Positions 10,225 through 19,070 of a DNA stretch of 64,000 nt are shown in pieces. The notes under the pieces were generated by a model. The model was not told the origin of the DNA and did no database searches. It worked only from the letters and a program-made list of their open reading frames with translations. Positions within the stretch are counted from its first letter, which is position 1, and each line of letters opens with the position of its first letter. Both the position numbers and the translations under genes were made by a program. Source of the DNA: an uncultured Phycisphaerales bacterium (GTDB lineage: Bacteria; Planctomycetota; Phycisphaerae; Sedimentisphaerales; Anaerobacaceae); the NCBI GenBank assembly GCA_963718665.1, contig OY970359.1, positions 960,001 to 1,024,000 of the forward strand, read 5' to 3'.

Positions 10225-11517
10225 TTACACTCCTATTCTTGCCAAATCCATAAACTTCCGTTTGTATCTAAAGTCCATATCAGTATCGATTGAAACCAGT
10301 CCTTGTTTAATCAGGTGAGCATTCAAGAAGGTCTTGTTCTGAAGATACAAGTAGCAAAGAAGGTGATTTTGGTCGTCATGCTTGATGGTATCAAATTTCA
10401 TAAAGACATTCTGTCCATTGGTCTTGTCTCTCAAGAATTCAATCGCCTCCCTATGCTTCTCCGGTTTCTCCTTCACACCCAGCAATCGAATCTTTAGACC
10501 ATCACCGACGACTAACTCTTCAGGTGAAAGCACCTCTCTGACGCGGCAGTATTTTTCTCTGTTATGGCTGCCATTATTGATTTTTGAGCCGAATTGGAGC
10601 TTTCGAGGGTCAACCTTTTTATCGAATTTTACCGGGTCTTTAAAAATATAAGGCAGTTTCTTTATTTCCTCTTTCCAGTCAACCTCGTCTTCCCTGTTCA
10701 TTGCAAGTTCGAAACCAACTTTATCATCGAAGAATCCTTTGTCCTTTAGGCCAAGTTTTTCTTTTATGATTGGAATATAATCGGCGTTTATCTCATATCC
10801 TATTGAATTTCTTCCGAGATTCTTCGCCGCCAGCATAGTTGTTCCACTGCCTAAAAATGGGTCAAGAACCGTATCGCCGACAAATGTGAACATCCTGACA
10901 AGACGACGAGGAATTTCTTCTGGAAACATAGCCAAATGCCCGCTCTGCTTTTCGCCAGGAATATTCCAGTGGCCGGCAAAATATTGGTTCCATTCCTCAG
11001 TTGTCATTTTGGATTTTTCTTTTATAGCATCACTGACAGTTGGTGAAATACCCTGCTTTTTGAAAATCAATATGAACTCATAATCAATTTTTAATATGCC
11101 GTTGCGGGGATAGGGAAAAGAACCCATTATTGTTGCGCCGCCTGTTGTGTTGCAGGTGGTAACTTTTTGCCAGATGACCGCTCCCATATAGTCAAAACCG
11201 ACCGTCTCGCAGAATTTGATTATCTCTGTACGTATGGGAATAACTTTGTATCTGCCGTAATAAACCGAACGGGCAAACTGGTCGCCGATGTTTATACAAA
11301 GTCGGCATCCCTTGTGCAAAACTCTGTTGCACTCGTTCCAAACAAGGTTGAGATTGTTGATGTATTCTTCGTAGCTATGGTCAAACCCAATCTGATTGCC
11401 GTTTCCATAGTCCTTTAACTGCCAATAAGGAGGAGATGTAACGACAAGATGTACTGATTCATCGGTCAACTCTGTCATTGACCGGGAGTCCCCAACTATT
11501 ATCCGGTGCTGGGTCAT
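10225..11517 (-). CDS. Beta-class N4C/N6A DNA methyltransferase with C-terminal thermonuclease (SNase)-like domain
   Basis: VTSPPYW, HLAMFP, VLDPFLGSGTT; C-terminal KIRLLGV...LLCYLYL...FLNAHLIKQGL. Confidence 0.88.
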   Translation of the reverse strand: MTQHRIIVGDSRSMTELTDESVHLVVTSPPYWQLKDYGNGNQIGFDHSYEEYINNLNLVWNECNRVLHKGCRLCINIGDQFARSVYYGRYKVIPIRTEIIKFCETVGFDYMGAVIWQKVTTCNTTGGATIMGSFPYPRNGILKIDYEFILIFKKQGISPTVSDAIKEKSKMTTEEWNQYFAGHWNIPGEKQSGHLAMFPEEIPRRLVRMFTFVGDTVLDPFLGSGTTMLAAKNLGRNSIGYEINADYIPIIKEKLGLKDKGFFDDKVGFELAMNREDEVDWKEEIKKLPYIFKDPVKFDKKVDPRKLQFGSKINNGSHNREKYCRVREVLSPEELVVGDGLKIRLLGVKEKPEKHREAIEFLRDKTNGQNVFMKFDTIKHDDQNHLLCYLYLQNKTFLNAHLIKQGLVSIDTDMDFRYKRKFMDLARIGV

Positions 11518-11521
11518 AATT

Positions 11522-12433
11522 TCAGCTCATCAGTTTCTTCACAAGCGCACGCTGGAAGTGCAGGCGGTTTTCGGACTGGTCAAAGATAATCGAATTAGGC
11601 GATTCGACGACCTCATCGGTAATTTCATAATCGCGATACGCGGGCAGACAGTGCATAATCTTCGCATTGGCAGGCGCTGATTTGAGAAGTTCGGCGTTAA
11701 CCTGGAAACCTTTGAAGGCCTTGATGCGTTTTTGCTTTTCGGCTTCCTGCCCCATACTGACCCAGGTATCGGTATAGACAACATCCGCACCGGCAACCGC
11801 TTCGGCAGGGTTATTGGTAATCGAAACACTGTCGGCCTTTATGCCGTTTGTTTTTTCGACGACGCCCCAGTCAAGCTCGTAACCCTTTGGCGAGGCGACG
11901 ACCAATTTCATATTGAATTTCGCGGCCGCAAAGGCAAGTGATTGCGCCACATTATTTCCATCTCCGATGAACGCGACCTTAACGCCCGACAATCGGCCAA
12001 GGTGTTCCTTTACCGTAAGCACGTCTGCCATCGCCTGGCATGGATGCGACAAATCGGTCAGAGCATTTATCACTGGGACCGTCGCGTATTTGGCAAGCTC
12101 GACAACGGTGTTATGCGCGAACGTCCGCGCCATTATGCCGTCAACATATCGGCTGAGCACCCGCGCCATATCCTTAATCGGCTCGCGTGCGCCGATGCCG
12201 CCCACGTCTTCGGGACGGATGAATATCGCGCTTCCGCCCAAATCGGACATCGCGACCTGAAAGCTGATTCGCGTCCGCAGTGAGGGCTTCTCGAAAACCA
12301 TCGCCAGCACCTTGCCCGCAAGGCAGACATCCCGCCCGCCGGATTTATAGAGCTTTTTCAGCGAGCTGCTCAAATCGAGCAGTTCGTTCAATTCTTCTGT
12401 CGAACAATCGCTTATGCACAAAAAGTGTCTCAT
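11522..12433 (-). CDS. argF: Ornithine carbamoyltransferase
   Basis: FEKPSLRTR, HPCQ, YTDTWVSMG, HCLP. Confidence 0.96.
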   Translation of the reverse strand: MRHFLCISDCSTEELNELLDLSSSLKKLYKSGGRDVCLAGKVLAMVFEKPSLRTRISFQVAMSDLGGSAIFIRPEDVGGIGAREPIKDMARVLSRYVDGIMARTFAHNTVVELAKYATVPVINALTDLSHPCQAMADVLTVKEHLGRLSGVKVAFIGDGNNVAQSLAFAAAKFNMKLVVASPKGYELDWGVVEKTNGIKADSVSITNNPAEAVAGADVVYTDTWVSMGQEAEKQKRIKAFKGFQVNAELLKSAPANAKIMHCLPAYRDYEITDEVVESPNSIIFDQSENRLHFQRALVKKLMS

Positions 12434-13611
12434 TTTGTCTCGCCCATAACACTATCAAGGATACTTATCGCCTCATCGATTTGCTCTTTCGTAACAATCA
12501 TCGCGGGCATAAACCGCAGCACGGTATTATTCGTGCAATTGATACGCAGGCCCCGCGCGAGGCACTTATCGACTATTTCAGCGCCCGGCGAAGAAAGCTG
12601 CACGCCAATCATAAGGCCTTTCCCACGGACATCTTTGATGATGTCGTACTTTTCGCCTAACTGTTCGAGTTTAAGTTTCGCGTATTCGCCCATCTTCACC
12701 GCGTTTTCGATAAGGTTATCTTCTTCAATCGCCTCGACGACCGCGATACCTGCCGCGCAGGCGATGCAGTTTCCGCCGAATGTTGAGGCGTGCTTGCCGG
12801 GGACCAATTTGGCAGCGAGTTCCTCTTTCGCCATCATCGCACCGATTGCCACACCGCCGCCCAGCGCCTTTGCCAGCGTAATAATATCCGGCTCAACATC
12901 ATTATACTGATACGCGAACCATTTGCCCGTCCGCCCCATCCCGGTCTGCACCTCGTCGAATATCATCACCGCGCCTTTTTCGTCGCATAACTGGCGAATC
13001 GCCTCGACGTATTCTTTCGTCGCGACGTTAATGCCGCCTTCGCCCTGAATCGGCTCAATCATCACCGCGCAAACCTCGTCGGTGAACGCCTTTTCGAGTG
13101 CGCTTATATCATTGTAAGGCACGTAAACAAAACCGGGCAGTAACGGCAAAAAGCCCTCGTGATACTTGGGCTGGGCTGTCGCCGTAACCGTGGCGAACGT
13201 CCGCCCGTGGAAGCTGCCCTCGGCTGTGATGAATTTGTATTTGCCCTCGGCTGTCGCCAGACGCGCCAGCTTCAGAGCGCCCTCGTTGGCCTCTGCGCCG
13301 CTGTTGCAGAAAAAGCACTTTCCCCCGAAGCCTCGCTCACTAATCAGTTTCGCCAACTGGCCCTGCTGTTCCGAATAAAATGTGTTATCGATATGCAGAA
13401 GCTCGCCTGCCTGCTTGCGAATCGCATCGACCACTTTTGGGTGGCAATGGCCTATTCCGCTGACCGCCCAGCCGGGGAACATATCGAGAATCTTGTTGCC
13501 ATCTGCGTCCCAGAGGTAGCAACCATCGCCCTTGACAATCACCCGCGGCAGCCGTTTGTAATTCGCGATTACGTATTTACTGTAAAGCTCTATTGTTTCC
13601 TGCGTAGTCAT
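12430..13611 (-). CDS. argD: Acetylornithine aminotransferase
   Basis: FCNSGAEANE, FHGRT, EPIQGEGG, FDEVQTG, LAKALGGG; lies between argB and argF. Confidence 0.93.
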   Translation of the reverse strand: MTTQETIELYSKYVIANYKRLPRVIVKGDGCYLWDADGNKILDMFPGWAVSGIGHCHPKVVDAIRKQAGELLHIDNTFYSEQQGQLAKLISERGFGGKCFFCNSGAEANEGALKLARLATAEGKYKFITAEGSFHGRTFATVTATAQPKYHEGFLPLLPGFVYVPYNDISALEKAFTDEVCAVMIEPIQGEGGINVATKEYVEAIRQLCDEKGAVMIFDEVQTGMGRTGKWFAYQYNDVEPDIITLAKALGGGVAIGAMMAKEELAAKLVPGKHASTFGGNCIACAAGIAVVEAIEEDNLIENAVKMGEYAKLKLEQLGEKYDIIKDVRGKGLMIGVQLSSPGAEIVDKCLARGLRINCTNNTVLRFMPAMIVTKEQIDEAISILDSVMGETK

Positions 13612-13641
13612 CTCTGTTTCTAAATTCTCCGTTCTAAATTC

Positions 13642-14517
13642 TTACTTCACTATCTCAGTTCCAACGCCTTTGTCGGTGTAAATCTCAAGCAAAAGCGAGT
13701 GTTCAATCTGCCCGTCTATTATATGCGCCTTTTTGACGCCCGCCTCAAGGGCGATTAAGCACGCCTCGACCTTGGGGAACATCGCATCGGTAATAATCTT
13801 CGCATCAATCATTTCCTTAATCTGCTGCTCATTCAAGCTCGACACCCAGCTATTGGGGTCTTTTATATCCCTGCGAATCCCGTGCGTGTCGCTGACCATT
13901 ACTAATTTCTCGGCATCGACCGCCGCTGCGACTTTACCCGCCGCGGTATCGGCGTTGACGTTCAGTGTCCCGCCGAACTGGTCCATCGCGACCGAAGCGA
14001 TTACCGGTATCGTCCCGTCCGCGCAAAGCGTCTTCAAAAGCTGGCCGTTGACTTCGGTAACCTTGCCTACAAAACCCAAATCGATTTTGCGGCCGTCAGA
14101 CCCATCGAGCCGTAACTGCTCGGCAAACAGCACACAACTGCTCAGCGTATGAAGCGCCATTGTCCGGCAGCCCAGCTCGCCCAGCACTTTACACACCGGG
14201 TCATTTACGCTGTGAACCAGCGTGTGTTCGACTATCCGCAGCGTCCGCTCGTCGGTATAGCGTCTGCCCTGGACCCAGACCGGCTCCAGCCCCGCCTCGT
14301 TCATCGCGCGGGTTATCGCCTTGCCGCCTCCGTGAACGATTATCGTCCTGATGCCGACCGTTGACATAAACGCCACGTCGGTCAGCAGCTTCTTTTGCAG
14401 ACATTCGTCGTCCAGAACGCTGCCGCCCAATTTCACCACCACAATTTTACCCCGGAACTTGCGAATATACGCCATCGCCTCAATCAGTCCCTGGGCCTTG
14501 GTAATAGCTTCTTCCAC
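13642..14517 (-). CDS. argB: Acetylglutamate kinase
   Basis: VVKLGGS, IVHGGG, GRRYT, NVNAD, LLLEIYTDKGVGT. Confidence 0.95.
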   Translation of the reverse strand: MEEAITKAQGLIEAMAYIRKFRGKIVVVKLGGSVLDDECLQKKLLTDVAFMSTVGIRTIIVHGGGKAITRAMNEAGLEPVWVQGRRYTDERTLRIVEHTLVHSVNDPVCKVLGELGCRTMALHTLSSCVLFAEQLRLDGSDGRKIDLGFVGKVTEVNGQLLKTLCADGTIPVIASVAMDQFGGTLNVNADTAAGKVAAAVDAEKLVMVSDTHGIRRDIKDPNSWVSSLNEQQIKEMIDAKIITDAMFPKVEACLIALEAGVKKAHIIDGQIEHSLLLEIYTDKGVGTEIVK

Positions 14518-14829
14518 GCCTTCGTCTCCAAATAAACCGGTGTGCGTAAAATTGTGAGTTTATTATTGCTGTGGGCACGCGTCAACTCATAATTTCAGCC
14601 AATATCAGTTTTTGGCTTCCGAAGCATACAATAACTCGACGATATGCACGAGCAGGATATCTCGCAGTTCTTTGATTCATTCACAATCGACGGCGTAAAA
14701 TAAATATAATCGCAATCGCATTTTGTCAAGTTGCATACTTGGCAGGACGCAGCCGTCGTTGCCGATGGAATACTTGATTTTCACGGAAATCCCGAACCTG
14801 TCGAACCGAACCGCGTATATGTTATGAAC

Positions 14830-14892
14830 GATGACCACGGGCTGCGGTAATTCTCTCCTCTCCTCCCTCCTGACCGCAGCCCAATCTTTTTA
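14830..14892 (+). ncRNA. Candidate small RNA / terminator hairpin A with CU-rich loop
   Basis: Perfect 10-bp stem GGGCTGCGGT (14839-48) / ACCGCAGCCC (14873-82), loop containing CTCTCCTCTCCTCCCTCC, followed by a T-run. Confidence 0.45.
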
Positions 14893-15044
14893 TAACTATC
14901 CAATCTTTAAGCGGTTATACGCGAACCTTGTCAGCCGCCCACAAACGCGAAGACGCCTTGAATGGGGTGATTTTTGGCACAAGATATTCGCAGGTAGAAT
15001 CGCAAAAAAGGCAAAAAAACCCGTATTTTTTCCGAAAATTTCCC

Positions 15045-15073
15045 TTGTCGAACCCGGCTGATTATGGTAGAAT
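15045..15073 (+). promoter_or_regulatory. Sigma70-like promoter
   Basis: TTGTCG-N17-TAGAAT with TG extended -10. No plus-strand gene follows before a terminator. Confidence 0.5.
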
Positions 15074-15079
15074 AATTCT

Positions 15080-15220
15080 ATTATTAATGTGAGGCGAGAG
15101 TTTGCCGAAAAGTTCCCACACCGATAGGCAGTATGCGCTGTTCTTTTTGATTTTTGTACCAACAACAGGGCTGGGATATCTCGCTTTCTCCCCTCCCTCC
15201 GACCCAGTCCTGTTTTTTTT
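15080..15220 (+). ncRNA. Candidate ~140-nt sRNA B ending in a CU-loop intrinsic terminator
   Basis: Promoter upstream. 12-bp stem AACAGGGCTGGG (15164-75) / CCCAGTCCTGTT (15203-14) with one G-U, loop containing CCCTCCCTCC, then a T-run. Confidence 0.5.
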
Positions 15221-15252
15221 CTGCGCCGAAATAGCCCTTTCTCAGCTTATTT

Positions 15253-16821
15253 TCAATAAATCCTATGTCCCGTTCTCGCAGTATGTTCGAAATTTATAAA
15301 GAAATATCGCAGGGCGTCAACTGGGTGGTCGTAAACACCGTCTTTTAGGGGTAATTCATCGCCAGCCGGCGTATCGGGATAGTGATAGCAGGTCAGTGCC
15401 TCGATAAGGCGGGCACATTGGGGCGAGACAATAAATCGGCTTTTGCCCGCGCCATCGCGTATCGCCCGGCGGATTGACTCGATGCCCTCGGCGATTCCGC
15501 TTCTGCGATAACGCACGTTGACACCAAGCGAACGCAATTCGCGAACCGCGCTTGTGCCGGTAACGTCGTTGGCTCCCGCACCCGCCGGGTCGCAAAACGT
15601 CGCGATAACTCGCGATTCACCAGTTGGGATTCTGGTCTTCAACTCAGCCGCATGAACATCGATTGTCGCACGAGTTCGCACGTATTCATCAATCACCCGC
15701 ACCACACCTTCGCTATCGACCTGAATCCACAGGCACACAAACGGGTTGGCGAAACCAAAATCCAACGAGCGATACAAAGGCAAATTCGCATCATATCCGA
15801 CGGGCCTGACATGAATTGCGGCATCGAACTGGTCAAAAACAACATTTTCAAGATTAGGTTTCAGGCACAGCATCTCTGCCTCCCAACCCGCCCTGCTGCT
15901 GCGTCGCATCTGCGTAATACAATCGTTTATTTTCAAATAGCCGGCTGCCTGTTTTGCCCTGCCCGCACAATCACCCCACAACGGGCACTGCGAACAGTTT
16001 CTGTCGGTGCATTTTTCGATTGTCTCCCAGACGCACCACTTGAAAAGGGGCGTGTTGGTTTTGGCAGCCGACGAGACGATTTTCTGCATAAGGCCGTATG
16101 GCTTGTGCATTGTGCTGATTGTTTCCATACCGGCGATAATACTGTCCGTGCTTTGCGTGGTAAATTTCGCGGCGTTGAAAACATCGTTATCAAAAAGCTC
16201 GATCTCATCACAGCGTAGTTTTTGAATGTGCTGGCCCCGAACACTCGCCTGCGATTGCGTGAGGACATCGACCGTCGAACCATTGCTGAATCGGCAGCCG
16301 GTTTTGCGAATTGGCTCTAAAAGAAACTTATCGAAGCCGAGTCGCAGAAAATCGGTGAGATATCGATACATCCTCCCCGCCTGTTCTTCTGAACCCGCCA
16401 ATATCCGCACCTGGCAATTGGGCTTGAAGACGCAATCCAAAAGCGTCGCAACGGCCGCAAGGTCGGTCTTGCCTCCGCCCCTATTCGCCCAGACGACGCA
16501 ATCCGCGTTTGTGGGCTTTTGGAATTTTACCGCAGAGCACGCAGAGTTCGCAGAGGTTATTTTTAATTGATTCTCGGCGTTCTCAGCGGCGAGTGTTTTT
16601 TTCTCTTTTATAAAGTCGCAGTTAAAGCTGTGCCAGAGATAATCCAAGGGGCTATTATGCTCTGTGCAAATCTGCATGTCCGGCACGTCAATCCCCAAAA
16701 AGACCTTGATGTAGTTTTTCAGGTCATTTTTTGTCGCGGGCCTTGCTCGTCTTAGCGATTCATACAAGCGGGAAACACTTTGGGTCTGCGCATTTACCGG
16801 CAGAATGATACCGTTAGTCAT
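15253..16821 (-). CDS. Phage terminase large subunit-like protein
   Basis: Walker A ANRGGGKT, VRGQ, Walker B LRCDEIE; RNase H-like nuclease motifs LDFGFANP, FCDPAG, DHPVDALRY. Confidence 0.85.
   Translation of the reverse strand: MTNGIILPVNAQTQSVSRLYESLRRARPATKNDLKNYIKVFLGIDVPDMQICTEHNSPLDYLWHSFNCDFIKEKKTLAAENAENQLKITSANSACSAVKFQKPTNADCVVWANRGGGKTDLAAVATLLDCVFKPNCQVRILAGSEEQAGRMYRYLTDFLRLGFDKFLLEPIRKTGCRFSNGSTVDVLTQSQASVRGQHIQKLRCDEIELFDNDVFNAAKFTTQSTDSIIAGMETISTMHKPYGLMQKIVSSAAKTNTPLFKWCVWETIEKCTDRNCSQCPLWGDCAGRAKQAAGYLKINDCITQMRRSSRAGWEAEMLCLKPNLENVVFDQFDAAIHVRPVGYDANLPLYRSLDFGFANPFVCLWIQVDSEGVVRVIDEYVRTRATIDVHAAELKTRIPTGESRVIATFCDPAGAGANDVTGTSAVRELRSLGVNVRYRRSGIAEGIESIRRAIRDGAGKSRFIVSPQCARLIEALTCYHYPDTPAGDELPLKDGVYDHPVDALRYFFINFEHTARTGHRIY
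16527..16593. repeat. 9-nt-periodic palindromic repeat inserted in frame in terminase
   Basis: CGCAGAG-cac-GCAGAG-ttc-GCAGAG...TTCTCGGCGTTCTCAGCG; related copy at 22882-22962. Confidence 0.7.
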
Positions 16822-16888
16822 AATATGCCTCCTAACTCCAGATGGGAAAATTAAAAATTTGTGATTTGAATCTTAACTAAACTTAGCT

Positions 16889-17320
16889 TTATTCCACATC
16901 GATTTTTTGGATGCGGGCAAGGTGTCGTCCGCCGTCGAAGGGGGTATTAAGCCAAAGCTCAACTATTTCCAGCGCTTCCTCAATCGCAATCATCCGCTCG
17001 CCCATCGACAGCATATTGGCGTCATTATGTGCCCTGCTCAGCCGGGCGGAACGCAAATCCCAGCACAAGGCACATCGCACGCCTTTGACCCTGTTGGCGA
17101 CCATCGCTTCGCCGTTGCCAGAACCGCCTAAAATAATTCCGCGGTCGTATTTGCCCGCGGCGACCGCCTTGGCCACAGGCCTCATAATATCGGGGTAATC
17201 GCACGGCTTTTCGGAATCCGTGCCGAAATCGTCAACCGTATGCCCCTTCTCAATCAGGAACTTTTTTATGATTTCCTTGTATTTGAAACCCGCCTGGTCG
17301 GCACCAATCGCTATCTTCAT
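16889..17320 (-). CDS. rpiB: Ribose-5-phosphate isomerase B
   Basis: IAIGADQAG, DYPD, GGSGNGE, ANRVKGVRCA, HNDAN, FDGGRH. Confidence 0.95.
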   Translation of the reverse strand: MKIAIGADQAGFKYKEIIKKFLIEKGHTVDDFGTDSEKPCDYPDIMRPVAKAVAAGKYDRGIILGGSGNGEAMVANRVKGVRCALCWDLRSARLSRAHNDANMLSMGERMIAIEEALEIVELWLNTPFDGGRHLARIQKIDVE

Positions 17321-17444
17321 CAATCGTATCCTTTCCGGTTAATTTATCAGACGGACGATTATAAGGCAAATCGCCCGCTGGCTCAAAAAATTTCTGCCGC
17401 ACCTATTTTGGCCTGTCGAAAACAAAACGTATATTTTAACTGGA

Positions 17445-17648
17445 AGAATGCCCCGCTCTGTTTTGGGAGGGTTCGGCTTGCCTCGCCGAAGGGTGCGGAA
17501 GCCGACAAAAGCTGCAGCCCAAAATGACTGCTGCGGCTTTCCCAGAACAGGGCGGGGTTGATGCTAAAAAGCTTTTCGTAAAGAGAGACGATGCCCTTTT
17601 GGAAGAAAGTGAGGGCGAGATCTTTGGGCCTGCGTCTCTCTTTTTTTC
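17445..17648 (+). ncRNA. Candidate ~200-nt structured RNA C (multibranch domain plus terminator)
   Basis: Stems 17451-68/17540-57, 17473-79/17499-505, 17508-18/17530-40, with three G-U pairs valid only on the + strand. Terminal hairpin 17580-96/17626-43 followed by a T-run. Confidence 0.55.
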
Positions 17649-17885
17649 GTTTCGCATCGTCCCCTCTACGCGATTCCCAATTCAGATTTTCTGTAAATCG
17701 TTCGCGATATTTTTTGTTTTTGCCGAACCTCGTCATATACTTTCTATGGAGGAAGCTGATGATGGGACCCGCGGGTCCGCGAGGCATCAGGCCTCAAAGA
17801 AGCTAAAAATAGAAGGCGATAATGTATAAGGGAGACCGCCCGGCAAATTAAATGAGCCATAAAGGAGCGTGTGTCTCCCTTCGGT

Positions 17886-18332
17886 TTATGCGCAATCAGG
17901 CGTCACCTGTTCCTGTTGTTTATCTGTGCTCGCCAAAGCCGATAATAATCTGCTGGCAAGTTCAGGCGGCAAATCTGGTAGCTTCTCAACTTCGGGTTGT
18001 TCGTCGGGGCTGGGTTCCGCTTTTTGCCGGAGATAATTTATAACGTCTAAGCAGGCCTTGCGAGACGTTTCCTGATTCTCTGAGCTGGTCAACTCCACTA
18101 ATTTGACGGCGGCCACATTAGCGAACCTCGCGATTATCAGCTCGCCTCGTCGATGAGCGGATTTGACTCGCCGGTCAAACTCACCCGCAAAATTCTCGTC
18201 GGCCAGCCATTTATCGTAAATGCGTTTGTTAATCCTGTGCTTTTCGAAAATCTGCTGTTCATCAAGCTCGCCCGCGAACAAATCCTCAATCACCGCGAGC
18301 TGCTTTCTTGTAATCCTCTTAGTGTTTGACAT
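17886..18332 (-). CDS. HTH protein, putative terminase small subunit-like
   Basis: N-terminal HTH (ITRKQL...IFEKHRINKRIYDKWLADENF) followed by a helical region; overlaps the ParB gene, upstream of terL. Confidence 0.55.
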   Translation of the reverse strand: MSNTKRITRKQLAVIEDLFAGELDEQQIFEKHRINKRIYDKWLADENFAGEFDRRVKSAHRRGELIIARFANVAAVKLVELTSSENQETSRKACLDVINYLRQKAEPSPDEQPEVEKLPDLPPELASRLLSALASTDKQQEQVTPDCA

Positions 18333-18972
18333 TTTCAGCCCCTAAAAATTTAGATGCTATTTCCGTAATCGCCGCGGCTCGACGCTGCGCCTTTGTCATC
18401 TTATTGCTCGATATTCGATTTTCGATGCTCGATAACGCTTCCTCGATAACCCCCTGCTGTTGCTTTGTCACGAAAAACACAAGCGGTATGGCAAACTGCT
18501 CCGCCTGGGCTTCGAGTGGCGCGATAGTCAGTTTCAGGTTTGTCAGCCGTTCAATCTGCTTGGCCGTCTGAGGGAGTAATTTGGCTAATTGGGCTGTCCC
18601 CATCCGCTCAGTAAGCTTTTTCAACAATTCGATTTTCTTCGCCGGCGTATCCGAGCCGGCCAACCGATTCAGCGTCGTCAGCAAAATGGCCGTCTGCTCA
18701 TCGTCCACGTCCCAGACAACGCAATCCGCCTCTTTACGCCCCAGTCGCTCCAGTGCTTTTACGCGGTGATGGCCGTTGATAATCTGAAATTTATCCGCCG
18801 TGGCGGAATGGCCTTTTTCGTCCGGATGAGGCCTGACAACAATCGGCTCATACAGCCCCGTCCGCTCGATATTGCGAACCAGCTTGCGAAACGTCGCATC
18901 ACTCATCACATTAGGATTATCGGGATGTGCAGTAAGCTTTGACAACGCTATCGATTTAATCGGTTCAGACAT
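18319..18972 (-). CDS. ParB/Srx N-terminal domain protein (phage-type)
   Basis: HPDNPN, GLYEPIVVRP, IINGHHRVKA, LNRLAG; AGGAG RBS. Confidence 0.85.
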   Translation of the reverse strand: MSEPIKSIALSKLTAHPDNPNVMSDATFRKLVRNIERTGLYEPIVVRPHPDEKGHSATADKFQIINGHHRVKALERLGRKEADCVVWDVDDEQTAILLTTLNRLAGSDTPAKKIELLKKLTERMGTAQLAKLLPQTAKQIERLTNLKLTIAPLEAQAEQFAIPLVFFVTKQQQGVIEEALSSIENRISSNKMTKAQRRAAAITEIASKFLGAENVKH

Positions 18973-19070
18973 TTTTTATTTCTCCTAATCAATGCATATT
19001 AATGAGTTAGCGAACGAGTAAAAAACAATGGATGCACGGGGAAGGGGCTGTCGCACTGCTCGTGAAGTCG

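Noticed and set aside
14600..14703. Possible gene remnant (MHEQDISQFFDSFTIDGVK)
   Set aside because: Too short, interrupted upstream, and unassignable without a search.
17383..17829. ORFs 17383-17787 (-) and 17524-17829 (+) as proteins
   Set aside because: No recognisable motifs, biased composition, and the region is better explained by RNA structure.
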